Assembly (NCBI GenBank): GCA_963924565.1
Contig: OZ004608.1
Span: 33,852,001 to 33,916,000, forward strand
Reading direction: 5' to 3'
DNA from: Ascidiella aspersa
Lineage: Eukaryota
DNA length: 64,000 bases
Shown: piece after piece, positions 36,501-48,500 of the stretch
Layout of the letters: each line of letters starts with the position of its first letter
Position numbering within the stretch: position 1 is the stretch's first letter
Translations under genes and position numbers: made by a program
Notes under the pieces: generated by a model
Database searches by the model: none
What the model saw: the letters and a program-made list of their open reading frames with translations, nothing else
Told to the model about the DNA's origin: nothing

Positions 36501-39500
36501 TGGGTTTTACAATATATTCCAATTATTTTAGTCTGGATGCAATATTTTATTATTTTTGTTATCAAGGCTGATGCTTTTGTAACATTGAAACTGCCAATTG
36601 CTGATTTTTTACAAATGTGATTTAAGCAAAATAACAAAATTTGTAAACTTAAAAGGTTTCATTTTTTACCTAATTGTGCATTAGCATGTTTAGTTGTAAA
36701 TTAATATGTTCGACAACGTATAATTGTCATGTATTTATAAAAAACATCAAAGTATATTTATAATTGTAATTATAATTTAATCAAACTAATTCAGGTCGTC
36801 CAGTAATTACAAACGACTTTTTTTTTTTCAACTTAAACACTAACTTACGAACAGTTTTTCCAATTTTGAAACTGTAAACGTTTTTTTAATAGGAATCTTC
36901 CATACTGGTTCATCTATGTTGCTTGGTGCCTTCTCTTCATAGTTGGCGCAGTGTGCGCGTCATTTGTGTTCATCTACAGCGTGGATTGGGGCGCTCAAAA
37001 GTCAAACGACTGGCTTCTTTCAATCGTGCTGTCGTTAACACAGTCCATATTTGTTGTGCAACCGATTAAGGTAGGTCTAATGCAGTGGTTCTCAACCTTT
37101 TTTCTTCCGTGGCCCATTTACGTTGCAAAAAAATTCTGTGGCCCAATTCATTTTTATGAAAGAAAAAACTATAAAATAGGTTTAGAACAAAACACAGCAG
37201 AACATATTTCAAAACAAATTATTTATTTCATTTGTGCATTAGTAAGATACTTGCGGCTGAACAATAAGTTTACATTTCTTGTTAATTCCTTCCCAAGCCA
37301 TTATTCCTGTAAAATTAAATATAGTGACACAAATGAAACCAAATAGCTTTTTTAAATTGGTCTGCGGTCCACCTCAAATGTTCCCATGGCCCACTGGTTG
37401 AGAACCGCTGGTCTAATGTGGTGAGGTCAATATAGTCGATTTACGATTAAGACGATTGAGAAATAAAGCAAGTTACTTTGTACACAATGGGTGATGTGTA
37501 TTGTTCTAAATCAAGGGTGTCCAACTCAAACATGCCGGCGTGCCAATTTTTAACTTGTAACCTCTTCCCGTGCCAAAGTTTCATAACCGAACCAATTCTT
37601 TTTAATCATGAAAGCGCTTTTTTACCAAAAATAAGAACGTTTATTTAAACTTGAAAAAAAACTGTCTAGTAAAAATGCGCATCACTACATCTAAGTGTCT
37701 CTCGGTGAGCTGACTTTTGTTTCTTCACACCAAGATATTTAATATTATGTGAATGCTAGCCTCCACACAGTATAATGTTACTATATCAAAAGTAATTGTT
37801 GGTTGTCGTGTTGCCGCGATTGTTTTATATTGTGAACAAACAATGGCAATGGCTGTATAACAAATTCAGTATTGTCTGACAATTGGCTAAATACCAATTT
37901 TAGCATTTTTTAGGAAGAGCTTGCGTGCCATTTTTATTAGGTCGCGTGCCACATTTGGCACGCGTGCCGCTTGTTGGACACCCCTTATCTAAATCAAGGG
38001 TGAAGTCCATGGCGCATTGCACGCTTATAATACTCAAAATATATATAAAACTAACAGGAAAAAATACATAGACGATTTGTAATGACTTATGGCTAGAAGT
38101 GAGTTTTACTGAGCATTTTCTCTGAAGGCTTTCCACATATACCCGTGACACATGTATATACACATACACATATATAATAAATAGTCAGATAGCCGCCACT
38201 GTCAAATGACCTCAAATTCGGTCTAAAAAGGGAAAACAATTTCAAGCAGAAGTAAAAATAGTCTTGGTTATAGGAAGCAAAAGGTTTTTAATTCAATGTT
38301 TAACAATCTGGTACAATGGTTACCCACTTCCTATATACACAGTCAGAACTGGTGTACAACTAAACACCACCAACAATTCAACAATTTAATTCAGTAGTAA
38401 AATGCATGACTCAGAAAACGCTTGTGTTGTGCCGCAGAAAAAAATTAAATAGAAAAATCACTGAGCCAAAAAGTATGCGCACACATTAAGCCTTCGCAAA
38501 ACAGGAATTTAATAAACTTTAAGTCTTAAAATTTTGTCAGGTTGTGTTTGGCGCCGTTGTGCTTTCTTGTGCGATCAACCGCTTCGCCAAGGATCGCGCC
38601 GAAGAAGTAGTGGAGGAGCAAGATCAGATGCAGGTCAACGTCCAGGATCTGAAACGCAAGGAGGAGGAGTGGCTTGTTCAGTGTCCTCTTGAAGATGAGT
38701 TTGGTAAGGAGGAACTATAATATAAAAACTATAAGCTGTTTCTTAAACTGAAACGTACATGTTATACACAATGTGTATTCTGTGATCAAGCCCTTCTGGA
38801 TTCGTACTGGCCAACGATAACGACAGATATGTATAGTATACACATACGCAAACTATCAATATAGACACCAAGCTATCCTTGTTAATGTTGTAGGTGAAGG
38901 TTGCATGTTACGTCGGGGTCACCATTTGAGGAAGTCCATAGTGTTCTATACAGCAAATATTTACAGATTACGTCGAGAAAAATTAAAAAACAAAAAAAGG
39001 GGAATCTTTTGGCACTGATAACACAGCACTGTTGTTATTGTGGGACGTGAATCATTAGCCTGGCAAATTAGGCATTTACAGTTGCCAAAGGAACTGCAGA
39101 GTGGTATCTTTGTGTTCCGGCTGCGAAAAACTCTGTCTGGTGCAAAAATTAAATGCGATTTACCGTTACAACCGGCGTTTTCCATTTTTAGAAAATGGGT
39201 TAATAATTAGTGCGCAAATCTTATTTTCAGTAGTCCACAAGTTTACAGACATGAACAGCACTGTTTCAATTCAGTCCTACGCCGTATGGGTAAAAGGCTG
39301 ATTTTATGTTTAAGTCGGCTGCACTGCTTGAATTTAACACCTTTAAGGGTTAAAATCTTTTATCCAAAATCTAACATTTTCGAATGTAAACAATTAGGCA
39401 CAAAACCGTTGGAGAATATTTTTGTGCTCTTTACCCAAGAGGCTCGATTTTTTTAACAACACAGCCAAAATGCACTTCTTAAAAAACTAAAAAGATATAT

Positions 39501-42500
39501 TTTTGTCTAATACTGTGTCCTATTCAATAGCCTGGTAGGTGTTAATATTTTCAAGGGTTAAACAACCAAAACTATCGCTAAAATGTTTATGCTCTTAGGT
39601 ATAATACCCGTGGAGAAAAGCTATTTAGTCTGACAATCCTTTTACAGTAATGTGTTGAGACCTAGTTCAGGGATCTACTGCTATGATAATCACCGTGTTT
39701 GCAAGTGATATCTGAATTCGATTCGTTGTTTTTGCCTCTATGAAACACAAGAAAAACATCAGAGGTTGCTGTTGCCCAATGAGGGTAAATTTAGTGGCCT
39801 TGAAATCGTACTATAATCATTAATCCTCATTTCCATGCAGCCGATAGTATTCCTGTTTTTCTATACAACAATTTTTTTATCGAAGCATAACTTTAACAAA
39901 CGACAATAAATATCTTTCGACTCAGATGACGTAGAGCGCAGCTTCCGTCCCGACCCGGAAAAATTGGCCGAGGCGAAAAAAGCTCGTGAGCACCACAAGC
40001 GGATGATTTCGACCATGCATGACGTGGCAACCTACCTCCTCTACGTCATATTCCTGCTGATAGCGGCCAACGTTGCTAAGGACAACAACGCGTTCCGGAT
40101 GCACCAATCTCTTTCGAAACTCTTTTTGGAGAGAGATCCCGCCTTTTTGGAGGTCTGTCGGCACCAAAAAGTTAATGTATCAATTGATTATTGGTCAAGT
40201 TGGAAAGCTAGAAATCAGCTGGCACTAATTCCTGGATAATTGCATTTTATTTTTTGCCAAGCTCACGCGCAACCGTGCGTCAAAATATTAAAACTTCAGT
40301 ACTAACGTAAAAAAGTAAATGGGCAAGCGAAGGCAAATAAAAAACAAGGCAGCCATCCTAAATAATTACAGCAGCTAGCATTGGCTTTGTTTGAGCATTT
40401 TTTGTATAATACATTGCATATGTGTTGTATTAACACATCATTTTTTTAAGGGCCCACACTGCTGACGCCTTTGATTTAAGTTAAAAGGTTAAGTAAGACG
40501 TAACTAACTTATGCAATTTAAGAGTCTATTGCTACATATCATACATTTCATAATTGTAACAACACTTCATGTTTTACTCGGATAGGTTCGTACTGTTGAC
40601 GACTTCTGGTCGTGGTGCGATGAAGTGCTGGTGGAAGGACTGCACGCCTCCAACTGGTACAACGGCAAGCGAGTCACCTGGATGGAAAGCCGATTCCTCA
40701 GCAACCGACAAACCTTCGTCATCGGACCAGCTCGTATCAGACAACTCCGCGCTCACGAGGGTGAGATTTTACATTCAAAAATAATCTGCAAACTTGGTAT
40801 ATCATTCATTCTGTTCAATTCGCTAAATAGATGTTTGATATTTGCACCTATAGCAACCTTGTTTAAGCTGCAGTTTAAGACGTTTCGAGTTTCGTTTGAA
40901 TATCACTTATAATATACTATCGTTTCAGCAATTGCATTTAGACGACAATTGACAAACAACCTGCGTTTGTCTTAACAATACAACGCGTTTGTGATGGCAT
41001 AAAGTATAAAACAATATTTCGAAAAACAATGTTAAACCTTGTGAGAATAACAAAGGCCATACACAAGTAGGTATCATTTCGAACGTTTCGAATAACTCTA
41101 TATTCATTTTCAACAGGGTTTAAAATGCTGCCTACTTCTGTATAGCCTTTGGTATTCTTATTATGTCTTACTACAACCTCCAACCATTATGCTCCAATGT
41201 TAAAGCCGTTTATAAAGTGATTTTTAATGCCGGATACTCAAAAACATTGTACACCAGTGGTTAATAAGCGAGCCCCCAAACATATTTCATTAAAAAAGCT
41301 AAGGAGCACTGTTTTCGAGTGAAAAATAGTCACAGTTAACGGTTTATCCGACGCTTCAGTTGTCCACGGTTAAAATTTCTCCCTAACAAGCCTTAAATCT
41401 TTCAGGTGCTTGTTTTGTGAATAACTCGAGAACAGGACTGAGGCGAGATTGCATTGAAGGGTACACTTTGGTTGGACAGGAGGACAGTGACTTTACAGAA
41501 GGTTGGGTGAACGATGATGTTGCCACGAATGTCACTCAATCGCCTTGGAGCTTCCAAAATTTCATGTAAGGGTTGCAGAACCAATATTTTTGTAAGGGTG
41601 TATTTCATCTGCATATAGCCTATATTCGTGTTTGCTGTAAATGTAAATTAATACATAAACATTTTTTGTGAATTTATATAAACTGTGTTGAAAATTTGCT
41701 TAACGATTCTATTTGTTATGGCGTTTATTGATTTTGATTTGTTTCAGCAAATTCGTAAAAAATCAATGATTTTAGTCTGTCCAAAAATATTTCTTCAGCT
41801 CAGTAAATCAATCATCTCGGAGTGGAATGTTTTCAAAGACAATTAAACATTTGAAATGTTTATGTCTTTGGGAGGTCTCCCGCTTAAACACATAAGGAAA
41901 AAATAGCAACTGATTGTTTTTAATTTGTTTCTGTAGATTGGGAGCTTAAGTGGTGTCAAGGCCCAAATGATATTTTTCCAAAGCTCAGTATTATGAAAAG
42001 TCAGGCTTAATAATATTTCTTACAGCTCTTCTAGCTTTTGATATTTCATAAAATTTTGTTCTATATTCCAGGGCTTTGGGAGGCTTTCCCTATCACGGCT
42101 TGATCCGTTGGTACGACGGCGGTGGGTATTCGGCCACTTTAGGAAACACGGCCAAGAGCAGCAGAAAAATACTCGACAAACTCAAGCGCAACTCGTGGAT
42201 CGATCGACAAACCGCCGCCATATTTGTAGAGTTCACGGTTGGTTTTGCGATTAAATTGGTACTTTAGAAATATTCAAACATTGCCTTAAGAACATAGGTA
42301 TGCTGTTTCAGTCTTCACATTAGGCTGAGTAAAGTACGTTGTGTGTGCTACTTGTTAACCTTGGCGTTTTATTTTATTTAAACACTGCTCCTAGTGGCGC
42401 GCTTTGCCTAGAGCAGTGATTCCCAAACTTTTTTTCTCGCGTACCATTTTGAGCTTTTGAACAGTGTTGAGGTACCACCTAAGTTACGCCTTACCAGAAT

Positions 42501-45500
42501 ATCTCAAACTTTAACTAGTTTAACATATTATCTACATAATAAAAGAGAAAGTTTGTGAGATGTAAGATGTGTGTATGTGTGTGGCAAGATGTTCGCCCAG
42601 TCGGTGATGATTATAATATGAAATTCGAGCAGCTTTGAGTTTGCGGCGCTTTAGCTCAGTGGTAGAAAACTGGTCTCGTAAACCAGGGGTCGTGTGTTCA
42701 AACCTTACTGGTGGAAAACTGTTGTAATGCTCACTTTCAATTTGCAATGTGTTGCATCACACTTTTATGCGATTTACAAAATGTTTTTACAAAATGTTAC
42801 AATGTGATTTGTCACTTACCAAGATTGTGTTTAAACACGTATCCCAGGCCCCAGCGTTAGTTAATTTAATATAGGTATATTTAGAAGTTTTTGTGTTAGG
42901 CAGAGTTTAAGTAAAAGATAGTCCAAGTTTAACGTATCCGCGCAAAACTTTTTTTCAAGCGCAATTACCTGCCGGTTAATAAAAAAAATGAAAGTAAGTA
43001 TATTTCCTTAGTAAAGTAAAATTTTAATGTTTCTAACTAAGACTATTATGTTTAGGAACTTATTGATGCCTGTTTACGCGAAAAATTTAGGTATAGAGTT
43101 CGCAAATTTACGAAAAGTTGAGTTTTTATTTTTAAGCCGTTTGTCCACGCAATACTTAGCAGAGTTCGCGAAATATTGCGTTTATTCCAGTAGTTAACAG
43201 TAAGCATTTGTTTTTTCAATAAGGATTTTTCTCACGTTTGACGCAGTTTAGCACCGGGATTACGTATTTGCTTAAACATGACGCTATCAAGCAAGTCTAG
43301 GTAATTGCTGCTGCAAACAACCTAAAGTTGTACGTTTGGGAGTTATTCTCAATTGACAAATGTCACAGGTTTTCGTCACTTAAAAGATGTATTGCATGCT
43401 TAGCCAAGTGTTGTGCGCTATAGTTAACCGACTTCACATCACATGATTTGAAATTTCTATTTAGTGACACTCAGTTCAAACGTTTAGGTATAAGCAAACT
43501 TGTTATGACATTTAAAAAAATATGTTTGCATTATTTATGTCATTTACGAAGATCTTACGAATAACCGGTAAATATTATTTTGGGTAATACTAATTTACGG
43601 AATGATGAATGGTCGGAACGCTCACTAATTTAAGTGTTACCCCGTTAAAAAATAAACAGTGTTATCCCGGTAAAACAATTATTAAACCAACGCACAATAT
43701 TTGAGTTAGGGTGGGGGTTAGCGTTTGGGTGAAGGTGGGTCAAGTGTTATTATAATTAATAATAATACTGTGAGCGTTCCGACCATTCCGACCATTCATC
43801 ATTCCGTAAATTAGTGTTACCCTATTCTTTTTAACCTGGGCAACGCCGGGTATTTCGTCTAGTTCAAAATAAAATGAGCATGTAAGCAGAATTTAACTTT
43901 ACCAAACGCCATACCAGGAAGACAAAGAAGCCATAAATTAAACAAAACCCAAGGTTCAATGCGATAGTGTTTTTTCTTCACCAGCTGGTCGATACATACG
44001 ACAATACTACACCGCTCACTATTAGTTTATTACTACATATATATTAAACCAGCTAACAATTAACGTTTTATTATCTTGAACAAGATAAGTGTTACGTCAT
44101 AAACGTGCGAAACCTCAAGTTAAAGGTAACTAAAACGCAGCACGGCAAATTACCCAATCTGAAAGTTTTAAAAGTTAAACGTTTTCGAAATTTATACGTA
44201 TGCTGAAGCTACTCGCGTACCACCTGAAAGACTCTCGCGTACCACCGGTGGTACGCGTACCACAGTTTGGGAACCACTGGCCTAGAGCATGTACGTGTCT
44301 CGTTTAAACGTGTCTCGTTTGCCCTTCATTTGAGACGCGCCTGTGTTAGTGGTAACATCTACTCTGTTGCGGTGTAAGTTAAGTTTTATATTTATTCTGT
44401 GTTAATTGTTATTAGTGTTGATAACTTTGTGTAATTCATTCAAATTAAGGAACTAAGTTGTCGTTAAGATAATTGTGTTTATGGTCTGTTAACTGATAAA
44501 GATTTCAGTGGACATCAACTTTCACTACTGATATATTTTTTTTATTTGTGATTGAAAATATACCAAATCTTAAGGAGCGACTAATTATCGTGCGCAGTCT
44601 AAATTGGCTAATTTGACATTTATATTTTTAGTTGAGCGGGTTGATTAATAAATGACCTTACAAACTTGCGTCGTAACGTAAAATTAACAAAGTTACATCT
44701 AAACGTGTAGTTTTCTTAACATTACAGTTGTATTTTGAAGAGGTTTTACTTTCAATAAAAAAGCTATGGTAGAAAGATGTTATTGATTCGTTATATATTA
44801 CAAAATTAAAAGTATATAGTTTAAGTGCAAAACTTTTCGTCAAACTATAGGGTCAGACATACTACAAACATAATCCGCCTAAATCTGCCTCGTTTAACGG
44901 GTTACATACATAGCAAGTGTGAATGTGGCAATTTTGTAAGTTTACGATACTAAATTGTTAAATTTGGGACATTTGGTCTGCAAGTCAAACACCCTCTTCA
45001 CGTTCCAGGTTTACAATGCCAACATTAACTTATTCTCCACTTGCGTTCTGCTCCTTGAGCGATCTGGCAACGGAGCCTTCTTTGGTTATCCTTCGATTAC
45101 TTCGATCCGGCTTTACGAGTTTATCGACGGCAAGGGAACGTTGCTCGTTGGAATCTACGTCGTATTTGCGCTGGTCTTGTGCTACAAAATGTTCAGTGTA
45201 AGCGTTTCCTGGAAATCTCTATTATTTTTCCTTTTATACAAACTATATAGCCTTGTGGTAAAAATGTGTTTTTTTTAAGTTACGACTTCTCCAAAGACAA
45301 TATTTGGTATTCCAAATTAATTTGCCTTTTTTCCAAGCAAATGCTATTTTGGTTAGTTTCCTTTTAAAAATAATTCCCTGTTTTTATTTGCCGTTTAACC
45401 ATATGACGTCATGAAAGCTAACCACAACAATTTTACGAAAACATTGTACTTATGAATCTATCGACAAATCAGCAGGCTGCTTACCGATAAACTTACTAAC

Positions 45501-48500
45501 CAATAACAGGTTTTATCAAACAATCTTTTCGCGGTTAATAAACATTTAATTGCATTAAATAATAGCAATATTTACTTCAATGATTTTGAAAGCTTATAGA
45601 ATAATAATATATATTATTTTTTGCGGAAGAAAGAATAACATTCAACAGTATTTTAATATCGATGAATCTATGACAAAACCTAATTGTGCTTCCAACTAGA
45701 AAAAAACTTTTAATTTGATAAATTTAAACCAATTTAGGTTGCTTTAATTTCAGATTTTCATGTCGCTTCGCGCCAACGGTTTGAAGTTTTTCCACTGCTT
45801 TTGGAACTGGGTTGATTTCGTTAGCGCGGCGATCTCTTTGTTCGCGATCGCGATGTACGCAGTCCGAACAATCCACCAGAACATGGTGCTTGAGAAGATA
45901 CACGAGGACTTCGACAAAGGTTGTAACGTTGACACTTGAGATAGTTATATAATGCTTTGATGATTTTCAAGTGGTAGTTAAGCAAGTGAAAAATTAAAAT
46001 TTTATTATTTTTATTGTTTATAATTGGATCTAAGCCTAAGCACAAAAAAGGTTTCAAAAATAAAAGATAGAACAATGTGAGGTTAAACACGACATTATCA
46101 GTTCTGCTAAAAAAACATGCAATTTGGAGGTAACTGCAGTATTTAGTATTTTAATTAAGTTGTTTTAGACCTTCTTAAACACTTGTTGTTCTTTTGGTAT
46201 ACAAACGCATAGATATGAGATCAACTGTTTTGTAACTTACAACATATATGCACCGTGTTGCCTCGATGTTTATCACGTTGAAAGTTTACAAAGATAACGA
46301 ATATTTTTTCAAAGCAATAGTTTACTAGTTATCTAACAAGGTCAAATCAAACACAATTAGACGTTTGACAATAAGGCAATTACTACTCCCACTTGTTACA
46401 TTTCGATTACCTGAATCACAATCCTCAAACTTGTTCTGACAGTTACAAATCGATTTATATTTCCTATTTTAGTATTACAGTATAGCTAACTGTCTAGTGC
46501 ACAGCAGGGCTGCCGAGTCGGAAGTCAATGCCAAAATTTAAGGCTGATAAGTCGCAAACTGACTATCGTAAAGGTGGAATATTATATAGTTGAAGTTCAA
46601 ACTACGTAATAGTGATGAATGAGTTGTATGCCCCTTTTGGAGTGACTTCATGTATATCCACCTTATTTTAGTTCCATAAATGGGTGGAATATAGACTGTA
46701 GAGTAGGAAGCGATCTCTGGACATGACAGAATGGACGAATTGTCTGGAGTTGGCTCGGGATTTGGACTTGAGTCTATTTGTTAGGCCGGACTCGGGGAGT
46801 TGGTCTCGGGTTGTTTTTTAACCGTCTCCGCGTCCTAGTGTACACTATTGTCTGCAACAATATATATTACTTTGCCTCAATGCTAATCTGACTGTTCATT
46901 TCTACTTATATCCCAACAGAGACCTTCGTGAACTTCCAGTACATTGCGCTTTGGAACGACTCGTTCCGCTACTCGATGGCGTTCACGCTCTTCTTTGCCA
47001 CGATCAAGTTCAACCAACTGCTTGCTTTCAACCAACGCATCAGACTGCTGGCCTACACGCTCAGACACGCCGCCAAGCCCATCGCATACTTCCTCGCCTC
47101 TTTCAGCATCTACTTTGCCGCATTTCTCTTTCTGGCCAATGTTTGGTTTCATCAGAAACTCTACCCGTATAGCACCTTGTACTTGACCGTAAGTTTGCTT
47201 TTCATAGCTGAAGAAAGTTTGGCCACTTTCTTGAGAAACATAGTTTAGTTATTTTATAAATTAAAGGGAGCTTTAATGCCGCTATTGATGTTTAAATAAA
47301 ACTTCCCTAAACTTAGTACCAACTTTTACAATATGTTCTGTAAAGGCAATCCTCTTTCATAGAAACAATTTACATTTTGTAGTTGTAAAGTGTATAAATT
47401 AGGTAACAACGTTAAACGACAAACTGTGGTAGTAAAATTGGCAAATTTTTCAAGGCTACGTCGCCATACTAATAAGTCTACGCCACTACATCATTTGTCT
47501 TCACTTTTTTTCTCTTTTTTAGTCTTTTGAAATTTGAAATTATATTCAATAAAAGACTAATAAATAATTTGTTTTTAAAAAAACATTTATTAGTCTTTTA
47601 TAAAGTGTTACCTGTTTTACATTTGTTGTATAGTCACACAAATGCGGCTGTCGTCTAAGATACAAATACTGCAAAATACATCCCACCACACACAGCAGAC
47701 AACTATAGTTCTGTTGCTTCGCAGGCGGAAGAGATGCTTTCGATGCTCCTGGGTCGCTTCGACTTCACGGAGTTAAAACAGGCCGATCCATTCCTGGGTC
47801 CATTCTTCTTTACCGGATTCGCAGGCCTTTGTACTATACTCCTCATCAACATGTTCATCGTGATACTGGACGACAGCATCAAGGCTGTAAGTTAGGCATA
47901 GAGTTGTAATTGTGAAGCAAATGGGCGTTCTTTTGTTACATAATGTTAAATGTACAAATCGGATGAACACAAAGCAAAACTTTCAGGCAGAAAACGTGTT
48001 TTTACAAAAGAGACGACTATTAGGAGCGTACCGCAGCGTGAAAAAACGCGAAAAATGTGATTGTAAAATGTTGGATCGCAAATTTTAACGGGCTCAGAAA
48101 AGTATTTTTCCAAAATTCACTGGACGTTGGTGGAGCGGGAGTGTCAGATTTCTATGATGTCAAGGATGCCGACAGATATTTCGGGATCTCTAAGAATCTG
48201 TTTTTTGGTCAATTGAAGCCTTCTATGGCTTTTTGTGTACAATTAGAGTATAATGACTTAAATTATATTTTCCTACATTGTGCAAAGTGGATGTGTATTG
48301 TTCTAGATCAGGGTGGTCCAAGGTTGACAGCGTCGCGGGCCGCAGTATTTCTTTGAGATACTTCGCGGGCCACATAAAGTGATACATGCGTATGGGGCGG
48401 AAACGATTTTTGTTTGGTCAAGGCACGATATGTTAACGATGACGGCATACGCATCGTCAAAAAGTAATGTGATAATTAGACTGCTGGAAAATGGTGCGCG

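Larger units (their letters stand above)
42531..43862 (+). mobile_element. Non-autonomous Helitron
   Basis: Inserted between A and T; 5' TCtacataataaaagag followed by TG-rich microsatellite; 3' hairpin cctgggcaacgccggg followed by CTAG. Confidence 0.75.
42414..44279. mobile_element. hAT MITE (18594 family, inverted) expanded by nested insertions
   Basis: TIR cagtgattcccaaac / gtttgggaaccactg; perfect TSD gcctagag. Confidence 0.88.

Noticed and set aside
40929-40975. Candidate exon after cgtttcag
   Set aside because: The required frame hits a stop, and 41406-41565 supplies the expected TOP-domain sequence.
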